In this document: in pieces, positions 25,901-33,216 of the stretch
Layout of the letters: each line of letters opens with the position of its first letter
Numbering within the stretch: the stretch's first letter is position 1
Source: a virus
Taxonomy: Duplodnaviria; Heunggongvirae; Uroviricota; Caudoviricetes
Virus record (IMG/VR): IMGVR_UViG_3300015262_000003
Location: 1 to 39,241 of that record
Reading direction: 5' to 3' (one strand)
DNA: 39,241 nt
The notes under the pieces: model-generated
What the model saw: the letters and a program-made list of their open reading frames with translations, nothing else
Databases searched by the model: none
What the model was told of the DNA's origin: nothing
Translations under genes and position numbers: made by a program

Positions 25901-26574
25901 GTTGGACAAGTACAGCTTCAATCGTAGAGGAAAAGACAGTACGTACTTCTGAAAACTATGCTATGGCACAAACCATAATTAAGCTGACAGCAGATGTGGA
26001 CACTAACACAGCTACAGTGGTTGAGGTTAAACAAACTCAAGCGACAGACCGTGAAGCAAATGCTTTAGCAGTTCAAGCACTCAATGTGAAAGCTGATGCT
26101 AACACTGCTGCTGTACAAACTACATCTCAAGCAGTTGCAACTCTGGATGGCAAAGTGAGTGCTTCTTGGTCGGTTAAGCTTCAGGTGAATGGCCAAGGTC
26201 AATATGTAGCAGCTGGTATCGGGTTAGGTATTGATAATGGACCAGCGGGCTTGCAAAGTACATTCTTGGTTCAGGCTGATAAGTTTGCTGTAATCAACAA
26301 CATTGATTCTACCTTGTCAGTTCCTTTTGTAATTCAAGGCAACCAAGCATTTATTCGATCGGCATTTATTCAAGATGCTTCGATCACCACAGCTAAAATT
26401 GGTGGTGCTCTGCAATCTGATGATTGGATTAATAGCACTCAAGGTTGGTACTTACCAAAGACTGGTGCTTGGCAAATGAACGGTAGTGCAGGAGGTGGTA
26501 AGATGGTAATTAACAACACATTTATCAGGTTTTACCATCCAAATGGTAATCTTGGTATCGACTTGAGTCTTTAA
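22966..26574 (+). CDS. Tip attachment/central tail fibre protein (lambda gpJ-like)
   Basis: 1202 aa. GSKGG..KAHTPVE N-terminus, WTDNPVW, FnIII-like segments and a DUF1983-like C-terminus (QYVAAGIGLG...FLVQADKFA). Confidence 0.95.
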   Translation: MELILEGSKGGEDKAHTPVETPNNLLSVAYAKVLLAVAEGELAGTPTGRDIFLNGTPLLDSTGAPNFGGVTWEWRPGSVNQSYIQGMPDVSNEVSVGVELKDTTPWVREITKESLSAARVTLNWPALQQQQANGDTVGVTIDYAIDLSTDGGAYQLYQQYQVSGKTNTAYERTHRVNLPPATTGWTMRVRRITPNSTSSLVQDTMNIKSFAEVVDAKQRYPNTALLFVQFDSRLFGGGSIPKISVKTKGRSVRVPANYDPITRVYSGVWDGVFKWAWTDNPVWIFFDIVTQNRFGLGSRVTVNQVDKWELYEVAQYCDVLVDDGTGAGTKEPRHTCNIYIQSQEDAWTVLRDICSIFNGMTYWDGNKFIARADKQEPLDNIPLFGRTNVIGDFDYQTTDERTIFTSALVSYDEPSDHYGTQVEAVWEKSQILRWGGDRQTTMAAVGCTSRGEAQRKGKYTLITNMFNRSVNFKTGLQGLDPKVRPGAIIGVADPLIAGKEFTGRLIAATNRVITLDRVTEAKPGDVMFITRKDGSQEGRTVQAAAGKVITVTTNYSEIALPNSVWYLEADDLKSQLFKITKLKVDGATCMIDAVEYNDSKFAAIDSGARLEPRPISKVPPQAQKAPTPVIISSSSYIEQMQAVTTMTISWPKTENAVLYEGQWRVGQGDWVTLGVTGAQQFNVKGIYTGQYLARVRAINALDVKSAWTLSEATDLNGKAGSPPALSTFTTRKLVFGIGLDWTFPNGAEDTARTEIMYSVTTSFADAIKLGDYAYPQNSHEMHGLAAGVTFFFWARIIDRTGNIGPWTPLSTAHGLMGQSSSDQAEYELYFKQMIGASALYAELNDRIDLIDGNGTGSVNDRINDAVTDLEGQIANITDALVYDPALPYLDGDVVRQGHKLYQAIQDVPVSTPPPNVVYWKDVGTILEEANALASQVAVNTTNIETIDGKVTATASQISGLTAATRDDGGEGALNDALKGWTSTASIVEEKTVRTSENYAMAQTIIKLTADVDTNTATVVEVKQTQATDREANALAVQALNVKADANTAAVQTTSQAVATLDGKVSASWSVKLQVNGQGQYVAAGIGLGIDNGPAGLQSTFLVQADKFAVINNIDSTLSVPFVIQGNQAFIRSAFIQDASITTAKIGGALQSDDWINSTQGWYLPKTGAWQMNGSAGGGKMVINNTFIRFYHPNGNLGIDLSL

Positions 26575-26576
26575 TT

Positions 26577-26879
26577 ATGACAGGTTTAACTATTAGAGAT
26601 TCAAGTGGTCGTGTTTTAGTTGATATGTCAATGAACATTAGTCAAACACAAGGGTATGTTGACACTGGTGGTGCGAACGGATCAATAGCTATTCCCGCAC
26701 CTCCTTATGGTAAAACTCAATATTACATTGTTGTACCTTTAGTTGACTTGCAACTTGAGAAGGGAAAGAAGCCGGGTGTTACGTTGACATCCGGCGCTAT
26801 ATCATGGTCGTACTCTTATTCTACAGCAGGATGGGGGTACTTTTCCGCAAACTGTAGAATATTTTATGGGTATTATTAA
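26577..26879 (+). CDS. Tail-tip associated protein
   Basis: MTGLTIRDSSGRVLVD N-terminus typical of the small gene after J-like genes, and synteny. Confidence 0.65.
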   Translation: MTGLTIRDSSGRVLVDMSMNISQTQGYVDTGGANGSIAIPAPPYGKTQYYIVVPLVDLQLEKGKKPGVTLTSGAISWSYSYSTAGWGYFSANCRIFYGYY

Positions 26880-27763
26880 TGAGTAGTTTAAAAGTATGGA
26901 AGGATACAGGTGTCTTGTTGTTTGATACTGACAAGATCACATATGGGTTGGTGAAAAGTGGGTATATGACATACCTGCAATCTTGGACAAGGAAAGCGTT
27001 GATTTCTTCAACGCTTGATCCTAACAATGGTTCAAGTTGGACTCAAACAACAGCGACTGCTGGTACAGCACAAGCTGACTCTATGTATGGCTTCACTGTT
27101 TATAACGCTCTTTCTCCAATTGTATTCATTGTTGGTACAGGTTGTTTGAATGGTACATCTGTTTCAGGTAATGCAATGACATTTTACTATGCGAATGCTG
27201 ATGCTAACACAAAGTTCTATTGCTTTGATTTAATGTCAGATAACATTGCAGGATCACCATATCTTAAGACGTTTGACACAACTGGAAGAATTACATTTAA
27301 CTCATTGCAACCACCGCTAAATGTTGCAACAGCTGTACAAGCGCCCGGTCCCGGTGCTACTGACATGTATGGACGATATGTGACAACATATGCTGGTGGT
27401 TATAATGTACGAAGACAAGTTTCAAGTGGTCAAGAAGTTGCTAAAATAGATTCCAGAGTTGATATTGCATTAGTTGCTGGTGTAGAGTTTGCAGCATTTT
27501 TGCCTTGGTCAAGAACGTGTACTATAAATGATATTGCAGTTGGTACTAACGTTTTTCCATTCACTCAATACGGTGGCTCTGAGGGTGCTTATGGTCGTGT
27601 TGGTGGTATGTCATTCTTATTTGGCGCTGCTGGTGGTACGACTCAAGCATACCCAAACTCTTCTGGTTACACAGCTACAACTTCATATGTAAATATTCCA
27701 ACAGATCGATATCCTATTGCTTTGTTGATTGCTACGACAAATTATCCATTTCCATTTAATTAA
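26879..27763 (+). CDS. Tail-tip/receptor-binding associated protein
   Basis: Two G.LLFD / GRITFNS repeat-type motifs, beta-rich, TAATG overlap with the upstream gene. Confidence 0.65.
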   Translation: MSSLKVWKDTGVLLFDTDKITYGLVKSGYMTYLQSWTRKALISSTLDPNNGSSWTQTTATAGTAQADSMYGFTVYNALSPIVFIVGTGCLNGTSVSGNAMTFYYANADANTKFYCFDLMSDNIAGSPYLKTFDTTGRITFNSLQPPLNVATAVQAPGPGATDMYGRYVTTYAGGYNVRRQVSSGQEVAKIDSRVDIALVAGVEFAAFLPWSRTCTINDIAVGTNVFPFTQYGGSEGAYGRVGGMSFLFGAAGGTTQAYPNSSGYTATTSYVNIPTDRYPIALLIATTNYPFPFN

Positions 27764-27775
27764 TAAGGAGACATT

Positions 27776-28717
27776 ATGCCTTGGTATAAATCAGGCACAG
27801 TGAGTGTAACCAATAACTCAAATGCTGTTATTGGTACAGGAACTGCTTTTATTGTAAATAGCAGAGTTGGTGATGCATTCAGAGGACCAGATGGCGCTTG
27901 GTATGAGGTTGTCAACATTGCAAGTGATACTTCTATGGCAATCTCTCCTAACTATCAAGGTGCTACGAATGCATCTGGTACATATGCTTTGGCTCCAATG
28001 CAAGGGTATGTTAAGGACTCAGCTGATCAGTTGCGTACTATTGTTAACACTTATGGTTCTCAACTTGCTGCTTTGAAAACTACAGGTAACTATGACATTC
28101 TACCTGTTAACAAAGGCGGCACAGGCGGCACTGACCAAGCTACTGCCAGAACTGGATTAGGTCTTGGTGCTGTATCTGTAGAGAATATACTACCTGTTGC
28201 TAAAGGTGGTACAGGTGGTACTGACCAAGCTACCGCTCGGACTGGTCTTGGTCTTGGTACTGTTGCAATAGAAAGTATTGTGCCAATTGCTAAAGGTGGC
28301 ACAGGCAACACCACAGGTACTGCTGCAAAGCTTGCTGGTAGTGGTGGTATTCTCGGCACTGTATCTCAATCGGCTGGTGTTCCAACTGGCGCAATCTTTG
28401 AATCAGGTAGCAACTCGCTAGGTACATACGTTAAGTTTGCCGATGGAACGCTGATTACAATCACTTACAACACTGGTCCTTGGAGCGTTCTTGCTAACTC
28501 ACTAACAGTTCTTGGTCCTTTTGGCAATCCTGCGAATTTTGTTAATAGTGTTTATGCAGTTTCGGCAACCGCAGCACCTAGTGCAACCAATGATACATAT
28601 GGTGTTGTTACGGCCTACCCAGCATCAGTCAGCACGGCTGTGTTTGTTTTCCGTAATGGCGCGACAGCACAGACACTAAGCAACATTAAAATTACTTGCA
28701 TAGGAAGATGGTATTAA
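27776..28717 (+). CDS. Side tail fibre protein
   Basis: MPWYKSGTVSV N-terminus, GGTG repeats and a gp53-like C-terminus (GTYVKFADGTLI...CIGRWY). Confidence 0.85.
   Translation: MPWYKSGTVSVTNNSNAVIGTGTAFIVNSRVGDAFRGPDGAWYEVVNIASDTSMAISPNYQGATNASGTYALAPMQGYVKDSADQLRTIVNTYGSQLAALKTTGNYDILPVNKGGTGGTDQATARTGLGLGAVSVENILPVAKGGTGGTDQATARTGLGLGTVAIESIVPIAKGGTGNTTGTAAKLAGSGGILGTVSQSAGVPTGAIFESGSNSLGTYVKFADGTLITITYNTGPWSVLANSLTVLGPFGNPANFVNSVYAVSATAAPSATNDTYGVVTAYPASVSTAVFVFRNGATAQTLSNIKITCIGRWY
28097..28306 (+). repeat. 90-bp (30-aa) tandem repeat, about 2.3 copies, within the tail fibre
   Basis: Units start at 28097, 28187 and 28277: ILPVNKGGTGGTDQATARTGLGLG / ILPVAKGGTGGTDQATARTGLGLG / IVPIAKGGTG. 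Confidence 0.9.
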
Positions 28718-28718
28718 T

Positions 28719-29087
28719 ATGAAAATTGTACTCGCACCAACTCGCACTGATAATACAATGGTTTTGTTCAAGACAGGTGAAGTTCTAACTGTTAATGGTG
28801 AAGACTTCGATTTCTCACGGATAGGTGAAGGTGATAGTTTGCCTTCATCTGCAATTACTTCTAATTGGTTCCTTGGTGATCAGACAAGAATCGATGGTGA
28901 GTTGGTATTGACTATGTTTTTACCAAACCCTTGGAACTATAGCCCCGAACAAGCATATCCAGTTCCTTTAACTAACGTTCCAGATGGACTCGTTGTCTTA
29001 CCAGCACCATTGCCTATAAAAGAGCAAACTAGTGTTGTTGTGGATGAAGTCGTAGTAGAACAAGAAGAGGTATTGATTAATGAGTAA
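28719..29087 (+). CDS. Tail fibre assembly/associated protein
   Basis: GEVLTVNGEDFDFS..GEGDSLP..AI..WF motif, immediately after the fibre gene. Confidence 0.7.
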   Translation: MKIVLAPTRTDNTMVLFKTGEVLTVNGEDFDFSRIGEGDSLPSSAITSNWFLGDQTRIDGELVLTMFLPNPWNYSPEQAYPVPLTNVPDGLVVLPAPLPIKEQTSVVVDEVVVEQEEVLINE

Positions 29088-29358
29088 CATTGATTGGACT
29101 AAATTAGTAACACGAGAAATGAAACTTGCTGCTCAAGCTGCTATTAAGAGGGCAGAAAATGTAGCGATTGAAGATCAATGGCGTATTCTTGAAGTTGCGT
29201 TTATTGCTGATCAACTCATCGGTATTGAAGACGGTGATCCTTCAGCCTTACCGGGCACTGATGCTCAGTGGCGAGCATATCGAACAAAGGTAAGAGCATG
29301 GAAAGAAGGTGCGCTTTACTTCCCTGATATCACACATCGGCCAATTAGACCAAGCTAA
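29080..29358 (+). CDS. Tail fibre assembly chaperone-like protein
   Basis: MSNIDWTKLVT...WRAYRTKVRAW...FPD...RP.RP pattern. Confidence 0.75.
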   Translation: MSNIDWTKLVTREMKLAAQAAIKRAENVAIEDQWRILEVAFIADQLIGIEDGDPSALPGTDAQWRAYRTKVRAWKEGALYFPDITHRPIRPS

Positions 29359-29373
29359 GAAAGGAAATGAGAA

Positions 29374-29931
29374 ATGGGCATTAATATAACTGATTCTTTA
29401 AAGAAGAAGATATTCATTGCCCTAATTGCCGCTGGTGTTGGTGGTCCTAGTGCTTATGTGGCTACGGAGTTAACAACACCTTCAGAGGGATTCTACACAA
29501 CACCTTATTCAGATCCTGTTGGATTAAAGACTTGGTGTGTTGGACATCTTGGTAAGAAGGGTGAAGTTGTTAAGAAACAATACACTGAAGATGAGTGTAT
29601 TAAACTGTTTGTTCAAGATTGGGTTGTCCATGAACGGTTGTTGAATGGTGTGGTAAAAGTTCCATATCGTTCTGAATGGATGAAAGGTGCTCTCACTGAC
29701 TTTACATTCAACAAAGGTATTGGAAATGTAGCTTCGTCAACATTGTTAGTCAATCTCAATAATAAGAAATATGATGCTGCTTGTGAACAATTGTCCCGTT
29801 GGGTATTTGGGAAAGTGAATGGTGTTAGTAAAGTGCTTCCGGGGTTGGTAATCAGAGCAACTAAGCAATATTCGTATTGCATGGGAAATGAACCAGCTGA
29901 TTATAAATCCAAGATGAGTGAGTGGAAGTGA
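29374..29931 (+). CDS. SAR endolysin (GH24 lysozyme)
   Basis: Catalytic E-x8-D-x5-T pattern (SEGFYTTPYSDPVGLKTWC), preceded by KKK and a Gly/Ala-rich weakly hydrophobic segment (IFIALIAAGVGGPSAYVA). Confidence 0.88.
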   Translation: MGINITDSLKKKIFIALIAAGVGGPSAYVATELTTPSEGFYTTPYSDPVGLKTWCVGHLGKKGEVVKKQYTEDECIKLFVQDWVVHERLLNGVVKVPYRSEWMKGALTDFTFNKGIGNVASSTLLVNLNNKKYDAACEQLSRWVFGKVNGVSKVLPGLVIRATKQYSYCMGNEPADYKSKMSEWK

Positions 29932-30263
29932 TGTTTGAAAACGGGTTGCTGAGTAAATTGTATAACCATATGCGAAAGCATTACAGGCTCTACTCTTTCA
30001 CAGCTAACACCCTTGTTGCATTGGCAATTGCTGGACTTGCACTCTTAGGTGTTCTTAACACTGTTCTAACATTGAAAGTGTTGATCACTTGGGGTGCAGT
30101 GTTCGCAATTGTTTATGGGATAGGGAAGTGGCTTGATCAAGAAGTGGATGATTTAGACAAGATGAGGAATTATGAATGTGAATTATATTCTGAACGCACT
30201 AAGCGCAATCAAAGTGAAGTTGCTTGTGGGAGTGATAGTTGTTCTGACGACATTACTGGCTAG
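29931..30263 (+). CDS. Putative holin/pinholin (two transmembrane segments)
   Basis: TGATG-coupled to the endolysin. The hydrophobic segments are TLVALAIAGLALLGVL and VLITWGAVFAIVYGIG. The C-terminus overlaps Rz by 92 nt. Confidence 0.6.
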   Translation: MFENGLLSKLYNHMRKHYRLYSFTANTLVALAIAGLALLGVLNTVLTLKVLITWGAVFAIVYGIGKWLDQEVDDLDKMRNYECELYSERTKRNQSEVACGSDSCSDDITG

Positions 30264-30609
30264 TAGTGCAATAGCTTATCACTTCCAGAGTCAAAAGTAC
30301 CTTGATGTATTACAGACAAACACAACAATCTCATTGGTGAACACTGGATTGAACACAACAATCAGTGCATTACAAAAAGAGATTCGTGAGATGCCTGATA
30401 GGAACATCGCAACAGTTAAAGATATTGATATGGAATTATGTAAAGGGTTGTTAGGTGTCAAAGATGTCTTAAACCTCCCATCAACAACTGTTCTGGATGT
30501 ATATCCTGTGAACCCTGACACTAAGGAGGTAAAAAAGAATGAGAAACCTTATGTTGACATTGATGCTCCCCTTCCTCCTGATTTGCTCAAGCTGCTCAAC
30601 GACGACTGA
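30172..30609 (+). CDS. Rz: i-spanin (Rz-like)
   Basis: Single N-terminal TM (LLVGVIVVLTTLLASSAIAY) then a coiled coil. GAGGA RBS, and it overlaps a lipoprotein gene. Confidence 0.7.
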   Translation: MNVNYILNALSAIKVKLLVGVIVVLTTLLASSAIAYHFQSQKYLDVLQTNTTISLVNTGLNTTISALQKEIREMPDRNIATVKDIDMELCKGLLGVKDVLNLPSTTVLDVYPVNPDTKEVKKNEKPYVDIDAPLPPDLLKLLNDD

Positions 30610-30814
30610 GCCAGCTGTAATATATCAAACAGAAAAGGTTTATATCCCGCTCTCCTTGCTCAAAGTAGAGTGTTTACCGAGAAAGGCAGGGGGTACACCA
30701 CGTTTGGTATCAGCGGCTTATTTGAGTGAGAAATCATGCAGGAAAGCCTATGAAAAGATGACTGAAGGGCTTATTAGAGATTATACATTAGAGGGAACTA
30801 AGAATGGACAGTGA
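30539..30814 (+). CDS. Rz1: o-spanin lipoprotein (Rz1-like)
   Basis: Signal peptide with lipobox-like LLICSSC-STT, AAGGAGG RBS, and a start inside the Rz 3' end. Confidence 0.75.
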   Translation: MRNLMLTLMLPFLLICSSCSTTTEPAVIYQTEKVYIPLSLLKVECLPRKAGGTPRLVSAAYLSEKSCRKAYEKMTEGLIRDYTLEGTKNGQ

Positions 30815-31133
30815 AACAAGTAAGATTAACCTTCTGATAGAGAAGTTTGGTGGTTGGGCAGCAGTTACATTGATCGTTCTAGTGTCGTTCATGTATCAAC
30901 AAGACAGGGCATCAATGAAGGCCGAACTTGCATCAACAAATGCTCGTATTGTTTCTGCTGAAAGATCCATTGGAAGATTGCAAGAAGGGAAAGCATCACG
31001 CGCTGAGTTGAAAGAGTTGCAAGAATCGTTTCTCAGGGAAATTGTTGGAACTCGGCAAGATATGAAAGAGGGATTTCAAATCATTCGTTCTGACATCGCT
31101 CAGCGTATGGAAATGATGAAAGCTCAAAAGTAA
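30804..31133 (+). CDS. Single-TM coiled-coil membrane protein (holin/antiholin candidate)
   Basis: TM segment GWAAVTLIVLVSFMY followed by a coiled coil. Last gene of the lysis cassette. Confidence 0.5.
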   Translation: MDSETSKINLLIEKFGGWAAVTLIVLVSFMYQQDRASMKAELASTNARIVSAERSIGRLQEGKASRAELKELQESFLREIVGTRQDMKEGFQIIRSDIAQRMEMMKAQK

Positions 31134-31138
31134 GATAC

Positions 31139-31176
31139 AAAAAGGCCGGGTACTCTTTCGAGTCCCGGCTTTCTTT
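31139..31176. terminator. Bidirectional intrinsic terminator between convergent transcription units
   Basis: AAAAA-GGCCGGG(T)ACTC-TTTC-GAGTCCCGGCT-TTCTTT, located between stops at 31133 (+) and 31187 (-). Confidence 0.85.
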
Positions 31177-31186
31177 GGTCTATCGT

Positions 31187-31519
31187 TTATTTATACTCAG
31201 CATCAATTGCACGAGCATTACCAATCAGTCTAGCCAGAAGCTTTTCAACTGGTTCCTGTGCATCGCCAAGTAGAATGTTATGACCACATTCCCGACCAGC
31301 TGGATATTCAACATCTCCTTCTTCAGAACAGATTTGAAGAATCTCATCAGTAAAAGATTCAATCAATTTATCAATCTCATCTTTTACAAATACTTTCTTC
31401 AGTACACCAGCGTAGTAAATCTTGTAATCACCACCGGTTGATTCAAGTGCCTTAACAATTTCATCCGCCCGGCGAAGTTTCTTTAGCTCCTTTTCGTCAA
31501 TCAGAACAGTCTTTATCAT
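31187..31519 (-). CDS. Hypothetical protein
   Basis: 110-aa ORF, co-directional and tightly packed with 31522..32067. Confidence 0.65.
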   Translation of the reverse strand: MIKTVLIDEKELKKLRRADEIVKALESTGGDYKIYYAGVLKKVFVKDEIDKLIESFTDEILQICSEEGDVEYPAGRECGHNILLGDAQEPVEKLLARLIGNARAIDAEYK

Positions 31520-31521
31520 GG

Positions 31522-32067
31522 TTAGTTCAACTTAATCACAGAATCTTTACCAGATTCAAACTTTACATCAACATTATCCAGAACGACAATCTTATATTTA
31601 TTCAGATCAACTTTAGGATAACCAGCAATCTTCAACCATGTACCTGACCAGAACATACCAAGTTGTTGCTCATAAGAACGCTTGACATCAACCAAAGTCT
31701 TCTGACTGGTGTTAAATTCATTACGACCACTCTCAATCACTTGTTGAATCTGACGGTACATCAGTGGATCAAGATTCATATTCTTCTCTTGAATAAACTG
31801 AACTACACCTTTACTACCGTCTTCGCCATATCGACCATTAAATGTTGCTTCTACAACTTGCAGCAAGTCTTTCTTGTACATACCCGGTACTTGTGCAGTT
31901 TCTTGAACCTTAGTTGTGTAAGTGTTCAATGTCACTTTGTTCTCTTGCCAAGTGGCATCCAGTTTAGTTTCATACTGAACACCGACGTTGTGATATTGAA
32001 CGTAAGTTGTGAACAAACCACCAACCAACAACAGTAGCGCAGCTACGACACCAATTACATATTTCAT
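31522..32067 (-). CDS. LemA-like single-TM helical protein
   Basis: N-terminal TM, then YHNVGVQYETKLDATW and a long helical body (IQQVIESGRNEFNTSQKTLVD..RSYE...FWSG), which is LemA-like in layout. Confidence 0.55.
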   Translation of the reverse strand: MKYVIGVVAALLLLVGGLFTTYVQYHNVGVQYETKLDATWQENKVTLNTYTTKVQETAQVPGMYKKDLLQVVEATFNGRYGEDGSKGVVQFIQEKNMNLDPLMYRQIQQVIESGRNEFNTSQKTLVDVKRSYEQQLGMFWSGTWLKIAGYPKVDLNKYKIVVLDNVDVKFESGKDSVIKLN

Positions 32068-32376
32068 TTACACAATCTCCTTAGCTTTGTTTAGAGCAGC
32101 TTCGTGTTCTGGAAGTTTAATGTCCAAGTAATCAAGAAGCTCACCAATTCGTTTGAAGTGTTTATTCATCTGATGAATCACGTAACCTCTATCATTACCT
32201 GAATACTTAGCAATCAAATCTTCAGGGTTACATTCACCGTTGTACAACGAACCACTTTTGTTATGATCACCGTCCTCATAAACCAATTGCCAAACACCAT
32301 CTTTCATGAAGTAATAGCAATCAGTTTCTTGGTGATAATGTGTGGCGGTTGGATAACCTTTCCAATCAATGTTCAT
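32068..32376 (-). CDS. Hypothetical protein
   Basis: GGAGG RBS before ATG 32376 (MNIDWKGYPTATHY). Confidence 0.65.
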   Translation of the reverse strand: MNIDWKGYPTATHYHQETDCYYFMKDGVWQLVYEDGDHNKSGSLYNGECNPEDLIAKYSGNDRGYVIHQMNKHFKRIGELLDYLDIKLPEHEAALNKAKEIV

Positions 32377-32378
32377 TA

Positions 32379-32594
32379 TTATACACTTCCTCCTAGTTGT
32401 TTCCACAAACGATGAGTTTCATCTAACCCTTCCATCCGAAGACGTTGATTGATTCGTGATTGAATCAAGTCATCAGCGTTCTTATCTCCCATGTTCTTTT
32501 GAACTACATCCTGACAATCCCAATGACATTGAAGCAAACCATTAAATGTTTGTCCATCAATCATTGGTAAGTTACAACCGGGACAATTACTCAT
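32379..32594 (-). CDS. Small hypothetical protein with a CxxC...HxxC motif
   Basis: MSNCPGC...CHWDC, GGAG RBS, overlaps the end of the HNH gene. Confidence 0.6.
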   Translation of the reverse strand: MSNCPGCNLPMIDGQTFNGLLQCHWDCQDVVQKNMGDKNADDLIQSRINQRLRMEGLDETHRLWKQLGGSV

Positions 32595-33162
32595 TTTGTA
32601 CTCCGTGATCTTCAGTGTATTTTTCAGACGATATCAGATTTACTTCTTTAATCATCTGCTCTCTATGTTCAACTGCAAGTGTGAAAGCTGTGTCTCTACC
32701 AAGTTTATGAACAGGGAAGTTCTTACTAAACTGTTTCCCGTCATCATCCACCCACGAAGCAACAGCATATTCATATTTACCAACTTCTGAAAATGAAACA
32801 CCAGTTTTACCGGATTTGTTTCTAGAATCAATACTTCTGTTACGGGTATTTGTTTTCTTAGTAACTAACCGCATATTCAGAAGTGAATTGTCTGACCTTA
32901 CTCTGTTAATATGGTCAATTGTCATGTTATCTGGAATTGATCCATGAACCAAACACCAAATGATTCGGTGACAATACCTTCTTACTTGCTTACCCAATAC
33001 CCTGAAAGCAACACTCCAATGACCATCTTTGTGAATACTACCACAAATATCACCTTCCGAGTAGAGAAGAATGTTTCTCGCTCTACCGTTGTAAATGTTC
33101 TTTGCCCAAACCAACCCTGATGGACTGGTTGGGTCATATCTGAAATAATCGCTGAAATTCAT
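32587..33162 (-). CDS. Free-standing HNH homing endonuclease with an AP2-like DNA-binding domain
   Basis: HRIIW...IDHINRVRSDNSLLNMRLVT...N HNH motif, RNKSGKTGV...ASW...F...G...AF.LA AP2 pattern, GAGG RBS before ATG 33162. Confidence 0.9.
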   Translation of the reverse strand: MNFSDYFRYDPTSPSGLVWAKNIYNGRARNILLYSEGDICGSIHKDGHWSVAFRVLGKQVRRYCHRIIWCLVHGSIPDNMTIDHINRVRSDNSLLNMRLVTKKTNTRNRSIDSRNKSGKTGVSFSEVGKYEYAVASWVDDDGKQFSKNFPVHKLGRDTAFTLAVEHREQMIKEVNLISSEKYTEDHGVQNE

Positions 33163-33187
33163 ATACACCTCTTACTGTGAAAAGTGA

Positions 33188-33216
33188 AGTATATAACGAA
33201 TTACAAAGATTGTCAA
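33188..33216 (-). promoter_or_regulatory. sigma70 promoter for the HNH gene
   Basis: On the - strand: TTGACA (33216-33211), 17-nt spacer, TATACT (33193-33188), then TCACTT. The -35 box contains the RNA ligase stop codon. Confidence 0.8.
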
